Below, one piece after another: positions 1 through 10,515 of a stretch of 64,000 bases of DNA. Under the pieces are notes generated by a model. That model saw only the letters and a program-made list of their open reading frames with translations, was not told the origin of the DNA and did not search any database. Positions within the stretch are counted from its first letter, which is position 1. Each line of letters opens with the position of its first letter. Position numbers and translations under genes: made by a program. Source of the DNA: Acidobacteriota bacterium (GTDB lineage Bacteria; Acidobacteriota; UBA6911; RPQK01; JAJDTT01); contig CBDCJH010000002.1 in the NCBI GenBank assembly GCA_965217775.1, forward strand, positions 576,001 through 640,000, written 5' to 3'.

Positions 1-9
1 GCGGAAGCC

Positions 10-1632
10 ATGGAGGCGCTTCAACGCTACCTGGCCACTGGCGTCAGCGGCCGAACTCGCAAGCAGGCGTTGGCGCTCATGGCGAGGGTGGCGGCCGAGC
101 GTCTGTGGGCCGAAGCCAGGACGGGCAGCAACCCCGGTTTGATCCGCATCCTGATTGCCGCCGGGGCCGACCCCAAGGTCCAGGACGCAAGTGGCGAGAC
201 GCCGTTGCACTATGCAGCCTGGAGCAACCGCAACACCGGCGTCGTCCAAGCCGTCATCGCCGGTGGCGCCAAGGTCAACACCAAGGACCGGAATGGCTAT
301 ACCCCCCTGCACAACGCGGCTTGGAACAATCCCAATCCCCAGGTGATCCAGGCATTGATCGGTGCCGGCGCCAAGGTCAACGCCAAGGACGAGGACGGAG
401 CGACGCCCTTGCACCTGGCGGTCAGCAGCAACGAGAACCCGGCGGTGGTCCGGGCCCTGGTTGCCGCCAGAGCCAATCGCAATGCCAAGGACGACGAGGG
501 AGTGACGCCCTTGCACCTGGCCGTCAGTCACCCCGGCAAGTTCGAGGTGCTCAAAGTGTTGCTGAAAGCCCGAGTCAAGCTGAACGTCAAGGACGACTAC
601 GGGACCACCGCGCTCCACTGGGCCATCGGCGACAATGGAAGCCGTGAGATGGTGCAGGCGTTGTTGTCCGCCGGAGCCGACGTCAACAAGCGAGACGATG
701 TCTCCGACACGCCCCTGCACTATGCCGCCCGCTACAATCAGGATCCGTTGGTCGTAGGCCTGTTGCTGAAACATGGCGCCAAGATCAACGCCAGGAACAA
801 TGCCGGTGACATTCCGCTGCACCATGCCGCGGGTGACAACCGGGATCCGAATGTGGTCAAGGTCCTGATCCGGGCTGGCGCGAAGGTCAATGCGAAGAAC
901 GGATCAGGTTTTACTCCGATTCTCAGCGCAGCCATGTTCAGCCGGAATCCCGAAGTATTAGGGGTGTTCCTGGGGTTGGGCATCAGCCCCAACGTCAGAG
1001 ACGCAAGCGGCAACGGCCTGCTGGACTACGCGGCGGAAATGAACGAGAGCCCGGGTATCGTGAAAATATTGATCGCGCACGGCGCGGATCCGAACCACCG
1101 GAACCGGAGCGCCGAGACCTCGCTGCACCGAGCGGCCGGGAACAACCCGAACCCGGAGGTGTTGAACGCGTTGCTAGCGGCCGGGGCCGTTCCCCAGGTC
1201 AAGAACAGGGACGGTAATACCCCGTTGCATTACGCGGCAGCCCAGAACCAGAATCCGGAAGTGGTGGAGGCATTGGTGGCGGCTGACGTCGACCTGGAGG
1301 TCAGGAATCGGAGAGGCGATGCTCCGCTGCACTATGCGGCTTGGAACAATGCGAACGCGGAAGTGGCGAAAAGTTTGTTGCTGGCCGGGGCGGACCCCGA
1401 TGCCAAGAGCCGCCGGGGAAACACTCCACTGCACTATGCGGCCCGGAACAACTCGAATCCCGACGTCGCGGAAGCGTTGTTGCTGGCTGGGGCCACAATG
1501 AACGCCAAGGGTGAAGAGGGAATGACACCGTTGGACGTGGCGCGGAAATACAACGAATCCGTCGCGGCTGTGTTGCAGTATCCTCCAAGCGCCGAAGAAA
1601 GGGTCCCTGCGCCCGCCAAACCGGAAGAATGA
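10..1632 (+). CDS. Ankyrin repeat protein (about 13-14 repeats); possibly 5'-truncated by the window edge
   Basis: Repeated GxTPLHxAA...L+xxGAxVN motifs; the frame is open back to base 1. Confidence 0.95.
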   Translation: MEALQRYLATGVSGRTRKQALALMARVAAERLWAEARTGSNPGLIRILIAAGADPKVQDASGETPLHYAAWSNRNTGVVQAVIAGGAKVNTKDRNGYTPLHNAAWNNPNPQVIQALIGAGAKVNAKDEDGATPLHLAVSSNENPAVVRALVAARANRNAKDDEGVTPLHLAVSHPGKFEVLKVLLKARVKLNVKDDYGTTALHWAIGDNGSREMVQALLSAGADVNKRDDVSDTPLHYAARYNQDPLVVGLLLKHGAKINARNNAGDIPLHHAAGDNRDPNVVKVLIRAGAKVNAKNGSGFTPILSAAMFSRNPEVLGVFLGLGISPNVRDASGNGLLDYAAEMNESPGIVKILIAHGADPNHRNRSAETSLHRAAGNNPNPEVLNALLAAGAVPQVKNRDGNTPLHYAAAQNQNPEVVEALVAADVDLEVRNRRGDAPLHYAAWNNANAEVAKSLLLAGADPDAKSRRGNTPLHYAARNNSNPDVAEALLLAGATMNAKGEEGMTPLDVARKYNESVAAVLQYPPSAEERVPAPAKPEE

Positions 1633-3194
1633 ATCGGAAATTTCGAGTACTTGTGGTCGTGGCATCGACCCTGATCCCGGCGTCCAACGGCTATTCGGCT
1701 GCCCGGAAGTCGCCTCAGACGCAGATGAACCAAGCCTTGGCAAAGGTGCCGGGCGAACGGCTCTTCATCGAGGCCAGGACGGGCAGTGATCCCGGAATGA
1801 TTCGAAGATTGCTGGCCGCCGGCGCGAACCCCAACACCCGAAACGAGAGCGGCGAGACCCCTTTGCACAATGCGGGCTGGAGCAACGGCGACCCCGCCGT
1901 GGTCCGAGCCATCATCGCCGGGGGAGCCGACGTCAACGCCAAGGACCGTGATGGTTACACTCCGCTGCACAACGCGGCCTGGAACAACCGGAATCCCCAG
2001 GTCATCCAGGCGTTGATCCGCGCCGGCGCCAAGGTCAACGCCAAGGACAAGGATGGATTGACGCCGCTGCATCTGGCGGTCAGCAGCAATGAAAACCCCA
2101 AGGTGGTTCGGGTACTGGTCTCTGCCGGCGCCAAACTCGACGCCAAGGATCGCGAGGGAGTGACGCCCTCACATTTTGCCATCAGCCATCCAGGCAAGGC
2201 CCAAGTACTCAAGACTCTGCTGGAATCCGGTGCCAGGTTGGACCTCAAGGACCATTACGGAACCGCGCCCCTGCACTGGGCCATCGGTGATGGTGGAAGC
2301 AGTGAGTTGATCGAGACGTTGTTGTCCGCTGGTGCCGACGCCAACCGGAGAGGCGAGCGTGACGACACTCCCTTGCACTATGCCGCAAGATACGGCAGCG
2401 ATGCGGAGATCGTTCGGGTGTTGCTGGCAGCGGGTGCCAAAGTCAACTCCAGAAACGTGGCGGGGGAGACCCCGTTGCACCATGCGGCCATGTACAACGG
2501 GAATCCGGAGGCGGTGAAAGTCCTGGTCGCCGCCGGTGCGCACATCAACGCGAAGTGTAATGCCTGGATGACCCCGGTGGAGTATGCAGCGAGTTATCAT
2601 CAGGATGCGAGTGTGATCGAAACGCTGATCGCTGCCGGCGCTCGACTGAAGAAACACAGTTGGTACACGGCGACTCCGGTATCGACCGTTTTGCATCAAG
2701 CAGCAGAATCTAACGCGAACCCGAAAGTGGTCGAGGCGTTGCTGACCACCGGACTCGGCGTCAATTCCAAAATCAAAGGTGGCAATCGTCCGCTGCATTT
2801 CGCTGCGGCACACAACCGGAATCCGGACGTGGTCGAATTGCTTTTGGTAGCGGGAGCGGACGCGAACGCCAGGAACAAGTCTGGGTTCGCCCCACTGCAC
2901 TATGCGGTCCTGAACGGGAACATCGAAGTATTGGAACGGTTGCTGGCCACCGGCGCGGATCCCAATGCCAGGAACAGCAGGGGGGATTCCCCGCTGCACT
3001 ATGTGGTGTGGAGCAACTCGAAACCGGCGGTAGCGGAAGTATTGCTGGCCGCCGGTGCCGACCCGAACCTCAGACGAAAAAGCGGCGAGTCTCCATTGGA
3101 CGTGGCGCGGCAGCACAACCGTGCAGTTCTGGAGGTTCTGTTGGCGACGCCTGTGCCCGGCGGAAAGGGGCCGGCAGCAACGGAACAAGAGTAG
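1629..3194 (+). CDS. Secreted ankyrin repeat protein, paralog of the upstream gene
   Basis: Ankyrin repeats; N-terminal MNRKFRVLVVVASTLIPASNGYSA resembles a signal peptide; ATGA overlap with the upstream stop. Confidence 0.95.
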   Translation: MNRKFRVLVVVASTLIPASNGYSAARKSPQTQMNQALAKVPGERLFIEARTGSDPGMIRRLLAAGANPNTRNESGETPLHNAGWSNGDPAVVRAIIAGGADVNAKDRDGYTPLHNAAWNNRNPQVIQALIRAGAKVNAKDKDGLTPLHLAVSSNENPKVVRVLVSAGAKLDAKDREGVTPSHFAISHPGKAQVLKTLLESGARLDLKDHYGTAPLHWAIGDGGSSELIETLLSAGADANRRGERDDTPLHYAARYGSDAEIVRVLLAAGAKVNSRNVAGETPLHHAAMYNGNPEAVKVLVAAGAHINAKCNAWMTPVEYAASYHQDASVIETLIAAGARLKKHSWYTATPVSTVLHQAAESNANPKVVEALLTTGLGVNSKIKGGNRPLHFAAAHNRNPDVVELLLVAGADANARNKSGFAPLHYAVLNGNIEVLERLLATGADPNARNSRGDSPLHYVVWSNSKPAVAEVLLAAGADPNLRRKSGESPLDVARQHNRAVLEVLLATPVPGGKGPAATEQE

Positions 3195-3335
3195 ATTCCT
3201 CGATAAAGGAAAGATGAGCCTGTATCCTGACGGGTGCAGAGCCCGGGGCATTGCAGCTCCGCACTTTGACTTTCCCGGGAGACTCTAATACGGCCTGCGC
3301 GCGGGTACCGGCCCGTAACTGAAGGGAGCGAACAC

Positions 3336-4097
3336 ATGAAGGGAACCATCTTCGATCTGAGCGACCGGACCGCGTTGATCACCGGCGGCAGCCAGGGGTT
3401 GGGTAGAGCCATGGCCCACGGGTTGGCGCAGGCCGGCGCCGAGGTGATGATCAGCAGCCGCGGGGAGGAAGGTCTGCGGGCGACGGCCGCCGGGGTCCCG
3501 GATGGGACCATTCACTACCACGTGGCCGACATGACCTCCAGGGAACAGGTTCGCTCGCTGGCGGAGACCGCGCTCGAAGTCATGGGAAGGGTGGACATCC
3601 TGGTCAACAACGCCGGCTGCAACACACCCGAGGCCATCGACGAGATCAGCGACGAGATCTGGGACCGGACTCTGGAGCTGAATCTCACCTCCTGCATGGC
3701 GCTCACCCGGGCGCTGGCCCCCCAGATGAAGGCCAGGCGATGGGGCCGGATCATCCACATCTCCTCCATCATGGGGTTGGGTTCCAAGGAGAAACGCAAC
3801 TCCTATTCGACCACCAAGGCGGCGTTGCTCGGACTCTGCCGCGCCAGCGCCCTGGACCTGGGGGCCTACAACGTGACCGTCAACTGCCTGGCACCGGGGC
3901 CCTTCCTCACCGAGATGCCGGGAAGCCTGCTCAGTCCAGCGGAGAAGCAGGTCTTTTCGGATCGCACGGCTCTCGGCCGCTGGGCCGAACCCAAGGAGCT
4001 GGTGGGGCCGGCCCTCTTGATGGCCAGCGAGGCGGGAAGCTACATCACCGGAACCGTCCTGGTGGTGGACGGTGGAGTGCTCTGCAAGACGTTCTGA
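3336..4097 (+). CDS. SDR family NAD(P)-dependent oxidoreductase
   Basis: [12 protein letters not shown] and YSTTK (YxxxK) motifs; GGGAG SD-like sequence upstream. Confidence 0.93.
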   Translation: MKGTIFDLSDRTALITGGSQGLGRAMAHGLAQAGAEVMISSRGEEGLRATAAGVPDGTIHYHVADMTSREQVRSLAETALEVMGRVDILVNNAGCNTPEAIDEISDEIWDRTLELNLTSCMALTRALAPQMKARRWGRIIHISSIMGLGSKEKRNSYSTTKAALLGLCRASALDLGAYNVTVNCLAPGPFLTEMPGSLLSPAEKQVFSDRTALGRWAEPKELVGPALLMASEAGSYITGTVLVVDGGVLCKTF

Positions 4098-4272
4098 GCC
4101 TGGCTCCCCGCATCGAGCGCCCCCATTTCGACGTGCCGCGAGTCCTGAACCGATCAGTTTGGGATCCGTCTGTTTCCCGGTCCGGGAGGGATGTGGGACG
4201 GGGGCTGTTACAATAGCCACCCGTGACACCGAACTCCGGGCAATCCGGCCCTCGGTTCGCTCCCGGCGAGAA

Positions 4273-6090
4273 ATGAAGAGTACCCCCATGGCCCAGTCCC
4301 GGATCCGGAACTTCTGCATCATCGCCCACATCGACCACGGGAAGTCGACTCTGGCCGATCGGCTGCTGGAGGCGACCCACACGGTGGATGCCCGGCAGAT
4401 GAGAGAACAGGTCCTGGACCAGATGGAACTGGAGCGGGAACGGGGAATCACCATCAAGATGGCGGCGGTTCGACTGGATTACCGGGCCGCGGACGGTCTC
4501 GATTACGAGTTGAATCTCATCGACACTCCAGGCCACGTTGACTTCTCCTACGAGGTGTCGCGCAGTCTGGCCGCCTGCGAGGGAGCCATCCTGGTGGTGG
4601 ACGCCGCGCAGGGGGTCGAGGCTCAGACCCTGGCCAACGTGAGCCTGGCCATGAATCACGATTTGGCCATCCTGCCGGTCATCAACAAGATCGACCTGCC
4701 CGCGGCGGATCCGGATCGGGTCATGGAGGAGATGGACGAGACCCTGGCTGTGGACGTGTTCGAGTGTGTGCTGGCCAGCGCCAAAGAAGGGCTGGGCATC
4801 GACGAAGTCCTGGAGGGTGTGATTCACAATATACCGCCACCTCCGGGAAACCCGGCGGCGCCCCTGCAGGCGCTCATCTTCGACAGCCATTTCGATACCT
4901 ACCTGGGAATCATCGCCTACGTGCGGGTCGTCAACGGCGTGCTGAAGCGAGGAATGCGGATTCGCATGATGGCCTCGGGTAGGGAGGCGGAGGCGGCGGG
5001 AGTCGGCGTCTTCGCTCCGGAACGGAAAGAGACCGGGATCCTCGAGGCCGGTCAGGTCGGTTTCGTCCACGCCGGCCTCAAGTCCATCGGAGACTGCCGG
5101 GTGGGAGAGACCATCACCGCGGCTGCCAACCCGGCGCTGGAGGCCCTCCCCGGTTACCGCCAGAGCCGGCCCATGGTCTTTTGCGGCCTCTACCCGGTCA
5201 ACAGCAATCGCTATTCCGATCTCCGCGAGTCCCTGAATCGGCTCCAGCTCAACGATGCGTCCCTCTCCTTCGAACCCGAGAGCTCGGCGGCGCTGGGCTT
5301 CGGTTTCCGTTGCGGTTTCCTGGGTCTGCTCCACAGCGAGATCATTCAGGAGCGGTTGGAGCGGGAGTTCAACCTGGAGTTGGTGGCCACCTGTCCGTCG
5401 GTGGTCTACCGGGTGACCTGCAAGGACGGCTCGGTCATGGAGATCGACAACCCCACTCGCTGGCCCTCCCTGGGCGAGATCGAGGTCGTGGAGGAGCCCT
5501 ACGTTCTGGCCACCATCATCACGCCCAACAAGTCCATGAGCGTCTGCATGAACCTGTGCAAGGACCGGCGCGGCGTCTTCCGGAACCTGGATTCCAGCGG
5601 TCCGACGCGTGTGATTCTCAGCTTCGAACTTCCGTTGGCCGAGATTCTCATGGACTTCTTCGACACCCTGAAGAGCCGCACCCGCGGCTATGCCTCGTTC
5701 GACTACGAGCCCATGGGATATCGGGTCGGGGACTTGTCCAAGCTGGACATCCGGATCAACGGCCAGGGGGTCGACGCCCTGAGCTTCATCACTCACCGGA
5801 AACGGGCCTACGCTCGCGGGAAAGCGCTGGTCGGCCGGCTCAAGGACGTACTCCCCCAGCAGCTTTTCGAGATCCGGATCCAGGCGGCGCTGGGGTCCCG
5901 GGTCATTGCCGCCGAAAGCATTCGCGCCTTGCGGAAGAACGTCCTGGCCAAGTGCTACGGAGGAGACGTGACCCGGAAGCGGAAACTGTTGGAGATCCAG
6001 AAAGGGGGCAAACGAAGGATGAAGTCCATCGGCAGGGTCGATATTCCCCAGGAAGCGTTTCTCAGCGTGCTGCGGGTGGGAAACGAATAA
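4273..6090 (+). CDS. lepA: Elongation factor 4 (LepA); start is 4273 or 4288
   Basis: [36 protein letters not shown]-terminal [21 protein letters not shown]. Confidence 0.97.
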   Translation: MKSTPMAQSRIRNFCIIAHIDHGKSTLADRLLEATHTVDARQMREQVLDQMELERERGITIKMAAVRLDYRAADGLDYELNLIDTPGHVDFSYEVSRSLAACEGAILVVDAAQGVEAQTLANVSLAMNHDLAILPVINKIDLPAADPDRVMEEMDETLAVDVFECVLASAKEGLGIDEVLEGVIHNIPPPPGNPAAPLQALIFDSHFDTYLGIIAYVRVVNGVLKRGMRIRMMASGREAEAAGVGVFAPERKETGILEAGQVGFVHAGLKSIGDCRVGETITAAANPALEALPGYRQSRPMVFCGLYPVNSNRYSDLRESLNRLQLNDASLSFEPESSAALGFGFRCGFLGLLHSEIIQERLEREFNLELVATCPSVVYRVTCKDGSVMEIDNPTRWPSLGEIEVVEEPYVLATIITPNKSMSVCMNLCKDRRGVFRNLDSSGPTRVILSFELPLAEILMDFFDTLKSRTRGYASFDYEPMGYRVGDLSKLDIRINGQGVDALSFITHRKRAYARGKALVGRLKDVLPQQLFEIRIQAALGSRVIAAESIRALRKNVLAKCYGGDVTRKRKLLEIQKGGKRRMKSIGRVDIPQEAFLSVLRVGNE

Positions 6091-7266
6091 ATGCCGGAAC
6101 GGGGCGGTCCGGCTCAGGGGCTGGGAATTTATCTTCACATTCCCTTTTGCCGGCCCAAGTGTCCCTATTGCGACTTCAACTCGGGACCCCATCCGGAGGC
6201 GATGCGCCGCCGTTACCTCGAGGCCCTCAAGGAAGAGATCCGGACCAGCCCCTGGGCCGGGTATCCGGTTCCGGCCGTGTCGTTCGGAGGAGGAATCCCT
6301 TCGGAACTCGACCCCGTCGACGTTGCCTCCCTGGTGGAGGCAGTGCGAGGAGTCTTCCCGGTGGCCGACGATGCCGAGTGGAGTCTGGAGTGTACCCCCG
6401 ACACCGTCACGTTGGACTCCCTGAGGACGCTGAGGCGACAGGGCATCAATCGCCTGAGTCTGGGCGCCAGATCTTTCCGGGATCGTCATCTCCGCCGGTT
6501 GGGATGCCGCTACGATGTCCGGGGCATCCGGCGGAGCTGTGAGTGGGCCCGGACCGCCGGTTTCGACAACCTCAATCTGGATCTCCTCTACGGTCTCCCA
6601 GGTCAGACGCACGGAGAATGGATGGGGGATCTGGGGCAGGCGCTCGCCCTGGCCCCGGAGCACCTTTCCCTCTACAATCTCGTCGTCGAGGAGGGCACCG
6701 GATTGGCCCATTCCAGAGATGACGGTCAGCTTCCGGAGCCGGATGAGGAGACGGTCGCTCGGATCTATGAATCCGCGCTGGATCGCACCGCGGAGGCGGG
6801 TTACCTCCACTACCACGTCTCCAGTTTCGCCCGGCCCGGCCGGGAATGGCGGCAGGGGGAAATCTACTGGAAAGGCAGGGCCTGTCTGGGTCTGGGTGCG
6901 AGCGCTGCCTCCTTCGTCCATGGGACCCGGTGGACCAATACCTCCCGCCTGGAGTCCTATATCCAGGGAGTGCGGGCCCGGGCCGTGCCTCGGACCTCGG
7001 AGGAGCATCTTTCCGGACTTCGCGCGCTGGGCGAGGACATGCTCCTGGGCCTCGAGCGACGGGAGGGCGTCTCCCTTTCAAAACTGTCCGCGCGCTACGG
7101 TCGGGATGTCGGCCGGCTCTACCAGGAACCGTTGCGATTCCTGTCCGAAAACGGATTGATCTCCCAGGGGGACGATCGTGTGAGCTTGACGCGGCGGGGC
7201 CTGCTGCTCTCGGACGCCGTCACTGCGGAGTTTCTGGCTGTCCCGGAAGGGAGGCCCCCCCTGTGA
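6091..7266 (+). CDS. hemW: Radical SAM HemW/HemN-like protein (divergent)
   Basis: YLHIPFCRPKCPYCDF (CxxxCxxC), DLLYGLPGQT, HLSLYNL; directly after lepA. Confidence 0.8.
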   Translation: MPERGGPAQGLGIYLHIPFCRPKCPYCDFNSGPHPEAMRRRYLEALKEEIRTSPWAGYPVPAVSFGGGIPSELDPVDVASLVEAVRGVFPVADDAEWSLECTPDTVTLDSLRTLRRQGINRLSLGARSFRDRHLRRLGCRYDVRGIRRSCEWARTAGFDNLNLDLLYGLPGQTHGEWMGDLGQALALAPEHLSLYNLVVEEGTGLAHSRDDGQLPEPDEETVARIYESALDRTAEAGYLHYHVSSFARPGREWRQGEIYWKGRACLGLGASAASFVHGTRWTNTSRLESYIQGVRARAVPRTSEEHLSGLRALGEDMLLGLERREGVSLSKLSARYGRDVGRLYQEPLRFLSENGLISQGDDRVSLTRRGLLLSDAVTAEFLAVPEGRPPL

Positions 7267-7826
7267 GCCGGGTCTGCGTCTTCTGCGGCTCCAAGACGGG
7301 AAACCGGCCCCTCTACGTCGAAGCGGCCGGACGGTTGGGGCGCCGCCTGGCCGGCCGGGGTCACGACCTGGTCTACGGCGGTGGAGCAACCGGGCTGATG
7401 GGTGTGGTGGCCGATTCGGTCCTGGAGGCCGGGGGGGAGGCCATCGGTGTGATCCCCCGTTCCATGGCCACCCGGGAGGTGGCTCACCCGGGACTGACCC
7501 GAATGCACGTCGTCGCCACGATGCACGAACGGAAGGCGTTGATGGCGGAACTTGCCGACGCGTTCATCGCTCTTCCGGGAGGATTCGGGACCTTCGAGGA
7601 ACTGATGGAAATGATCACCTGGGCCCAGCTCGGCATTCACCGCAAGCCGGTGGGTCTGCTCAATGCCGATGGATACTTCGATCCCCTGGTGGAGATGTTC
7701 GACCGGGCCGTCCAGGAGGGTTTCGTTCGGCCCAAGTATCGATCCCTCTGCCGGGTCGGAGCCGACGTGGACGGACTACTCTCGAAGTTGGAGTCACGAC
7801 GGGGAGAGATATGCCGGGCAAGGTGA
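7263..7826 (+). CDS. LOG family protein (TIGR00730-type phosphoribohydrolase)
   Basis: VCVFCGS, LVYGGG, MHERKALM, PGGFGTFEE; GTG start overlaps the hemW stop (GTGA). Confidence 0.92.
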   Translation: MSRVCVFCGSKTGNRPLYVEAAGRLGRRLAGRGHDLVYGGGATGLMGVVADSVLEAGGEAIGVIPRSMATREVAHPGLTRMHVVATMHERKALMAELADAFIALPGGFGTFEELMEMITWAQLGIHRKPVGLLNADGYFDPLVEMFDRAVQEGFVRPKYRSLCRVGADVDGLLSKLESRRGEICRAR

Positions 7827-9067
7827 CCGTCAAGGACCCCTTCGAGGTCAACCTGGACTGCGTCCACTGCGGTTTCTGCCTCCCCAGATGCCCGACCTAC
7901 CAGGTCTTGGGCGACGAGAACGACTCACCCCGCGGCCGCATCTACCTGATGGACCTGGTCCGGGAGGGTCGCCTGCCGCTCGACGACATCGTCATGACGC
8001 ACCTGGACCGGTGTCTGGGATGCCGGGCCTGTGAAACCGCCTGTCCCTCGGGCGTCCGCTACGAGCTGATGCTGAACCGGACCCGGGCCCGGATCTACGA
8101 GAGCCGTCCTCCTTCGTGGATCGAGCGTCTCGCCTTTCGCCGGATCCTGCCCTCTCCCGGGTTGCTCCGTCACGGCGCCCGTCTGGCGCGTCTCTACCAA
8201 GTGACGCTCCAGCGCTGGGTGCGGTCCAGCCGCGTCCTGGCCCGCTGCGCTCCGAAGCTGGTAGAGATGGAAAAGAAGTTGCCCGCCGTACCGCCGCCGT
8301 ACCGTCTGAAAGCGTTCTATGCGGCGAAGGGGCCGAGACGGGCCCGCGTCGGGTTTCTGTCGGGGTGCGTGATGCCCATCCTCTTTCCCGAGGTCCACCA
8401 GGCCAGCATTCAACTGCTCCGGAGAGCCGGGTGTGAGGTCGTGGTCCCACCGGGTCAGCGCTGCTGCGGCGCCCTCCACTCCCACGCCGGAGACCAGGAG
8501 GGAGCGGGACGGCAGGCGCGGATCAACCTCCAGGCCTTTCCCTGGCGGGATCTGGACGCCGTCGTGGTCAACTCGGCCGGCTGCGGCGCCGCCATGAAGG
8601 AGTGGCCCCATCTTCCCGGGAGCACCGACGAAATGGCCCGGTTCTCGCACCAGGTCAAGGACGTCTGCGAGTTCCTGGTGGAGATGGATCCTTCCTGGGA
8701 GCTGGGCCCGCTTCCGCTCCGAGTCGCCTATGACGACCCTTGCCATCTACTCCACGGGCAGGGAATTTATTCCCAGCCCCGCAGCCTCATGGCACAGATC
8801 CCCGAACTGACTCTCCTGGAAGTTCCCAACAGCGAACGCTGCTGCGGAAGCGCCGGAATCTACAACCTGCTGCAACCGGAGCTCGCGGGCCAGTTGCTGG
8901 ATCGGAAGCTCGACGAGATCCTGAGCGTCGATCCGCAACGAGTGACCACGGCCAATCCGGGGTGTCTCATGCAGATCCGGTTCGGCCTGAAGAGTTCCGG
9001 CGCCCCGATCCCGGTGCAACACCCGGTGGAGTTGCTCTACGAGTCCGTCCGGTCAATTCCCGCGTAG
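7811..9067 (+). CDS. glcF: Glycolate oxidase Fe-S subunit GlcF-like
   Basis: CVHCGFCLPRCP and CLGCRACETACP ferredoxin motifs, two CCG domains, ANPGC. Confidence 0.88.
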   Translation: MPGKVTVKDPFEVNLDCVHCGFCLPRCPTYQVLGDENDSPRGRIYLMDLVREGRLPLDDIVMTHLDRCLGCRACETACPSGVRYELMLNRTRARIYESRPPSWIERLAFRRILPSPGLLRHGARLARLYQVTLQRWVRSSRVLARCAPKLVEMEKKLPAVPPPYRLKAFYAAKGPRRARVGFLSGCVMPILFPEVHQASIQLLRRAGCEVVVPPGQRCCGALHSHAGDQEGAGRQARINLQAFPWRDLDAVVVNSAGCGAAMKEWPHLPGSTDEMARFSHQVKDVCEFLVEMDPSWELGPLPLRVAYDDPCHLLHGQGIYSQPRSLMAQIPELTLLEVPNSERCCGSAGIYNLLQPELAGQLLDRKLDEILSVDPQRVTTANPGCLMQIRFGLKSSGAPIPVQHPVELLYESVRSIPA

Positions 9068-9079
9068 GTCGATACCGGA

Positions 9080-10336
9080 TCAGATCCCGCCCCAGAAACG
9101 TCCCGGATTGAGCGTCCGCCGGGGGTCGAACTGTTCCTTGATCCGTCTCATGAGGGGCACGGGCTGGGTGGTGGGTCCCCAGACGTCCAGGCCCTGCTTC
9201 AATGCCGCATCCGCCTTGAACAGCGTGCTGTAGACGGGCTGGTTTTCCCAGCGGGAGCGGAGGTCCCGGAGAAAATCGGTCCCGGTCGTAAAGATCAGGA
9301 GGGTGCTGCCGGCAGCGTGCCCCGAGAGTCCGTGACCCGGAAGCGTCTGCTCGACCCAACGGTGGACCTCCTCCAGCAGCCCGGCGGGAGCGCTGATTCG
9401 GACCACGACCCTTCCATTGTCCGGCTCCAAGGCCCGGCTCAACTCCCGGTCCCAGCCCTTCCAAAAGGAGTCCGCCTCGGCCGTGTCCAGGAATCGAATT
9501 CCGGGACAGTGTTGACGGACCGCACGGCTCTTCCATTGGATCGGGCCCTCCGAATCTCGAAGCTCGATGGCCAGACCGTAGCGGTCCGATGCGGCCGCCT
9601 GCAGCCGCAGACCCGATGCTTCCCCTCCCTCAAGGAATCCCATACCGGGTCGGAACAACTCCAGCGCCGCCGGCACGACCTGGTTGCGCAACGAAATCGC
9701 CGTCTCCAGCAGTTCGCTCAGATTGTCGAATTTCAAGAACCCGGTCCGGGAGGCGGGAGGCAAAGGACGGACCTTGAAGGTGGCGTGGGTGATGATTCCC
9801 AGGGTCCCCATGGATCCGGCGTAGAGCTTGCACAGGTCGTATCCTGCCACGTTCTTGACCACGCGCCCTCCGGCGTGGCTGAGTCGGCCGTCGGCGTGCA
9901 GGACCTCGATGCCGATGAGGAACTCCCTCATCCCGCCCATTGCCAAGCTGAAACGCCCGGCCAGAGCCGTGGCCACGGCCCCGCCGACGGTGGCGTGCCG
10001 ATAGTTGGGTGGACGGAAGGGCAGGAATTGTCCGGCCTCGGACAGCGTTTCCTGGAGCCGTTCCAAGGGACAACCCGCCTCTACGGTGACCGTCAGGTCG
10101 CCGGGGCTGTGGTCCAGAATTCGGTCCCAACCACGGACGGACAGGATGTGGGTCGCCTGCTCCGGGTCGTTTCCCAGGAACCACTGCCCCCCACCTCCCA
10201 GGATGAGGACCGCATCTCCCGCTCGATTCCGCTCACGGATCCAGTCGCGGCACGACTCCGGATCGGGAGGTTCATGGACCGGCGGGACGCCTCCCTTCAG
10301 CTCCAGCCAGCGACAAGCCTGCGACGGAGAAATCAT
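9080..10336 (-). CDS. glcE: FAD-binding oxidoreductase, GlcE-like
   Basis: DLTVTVEAG, ATVGG, GGRVVKNVAGYDLCKL, GSMGTLG, FDPRRTLNPGR. Confidence 0.85.
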   Translation of the reverse strand: MISPSQACRWLELKGGVPPVHEPPDPESCRDWIRERNRAGDAVLILGGGGQWFLGNDPEQATHILSVRGWDRILDHSPGDLTVTVEAGCPLERLQETLSEAGQFLPFRPPNYRHATVGGAVATALAGRFSLAMGGMREFLIGIEVLHADGRLSHAGGRVVKNVAGYDLCKLYAGSMGTLGIITHATFKVRPLPPASRTGFLKFDNLSELLETAISLRNQVVPAALELFRPGMGFLEGGEASGLRLQAAASDRYGLAIELRDSEGPIQWKSRAVRQHCPGIRFLDTAEADSFWKGWDRELSRALEPDNGRVVVRISAPAGLLEEVHRWVEQTLPGHGLSGHAAGSTLLIFTTGTDFLRDLRSRWENQPVYSTLFKADAALKQGLDVWGPTTQPVPLMRRIKEQFDPRRTLNPGRFWGGI

Positions 10337-10515
10337 GCCGGTTCCCGCTCCCTTCCGGGACCCGTCCTGCTATTCATAATGGCCCCAGACTCTACTACAA
10401 TTTCCGTCTTGCCCCGGCGCCCGCCATTTGGTTTCTCTTGCCGGCAACCGGGACCTGAATATTTCGGCGGCGACAATTCACTTGGTCCAGCCGCCGCGAA
10501 GAACGGAGGAGGAGG

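Noticed and set aside
10-3194. Periodic ~100-bp DNA repeats as a CRISPR array or non-coding tandem repeat
   Set aside because: The periodicity is explained by in-frame ankyrin repeats; there are no identical repeats with unique spacers and no cas genes.
4045-7008. Long antisense ORFs (also 12944-15871 +, 31301-33961 -, 42094-44004 -, 55138-57429 +)
   Set aside because: Each lies opposite well-supported genes and lacks recognisable motifs; these are typical shadow ORFs of high-GC DNA.
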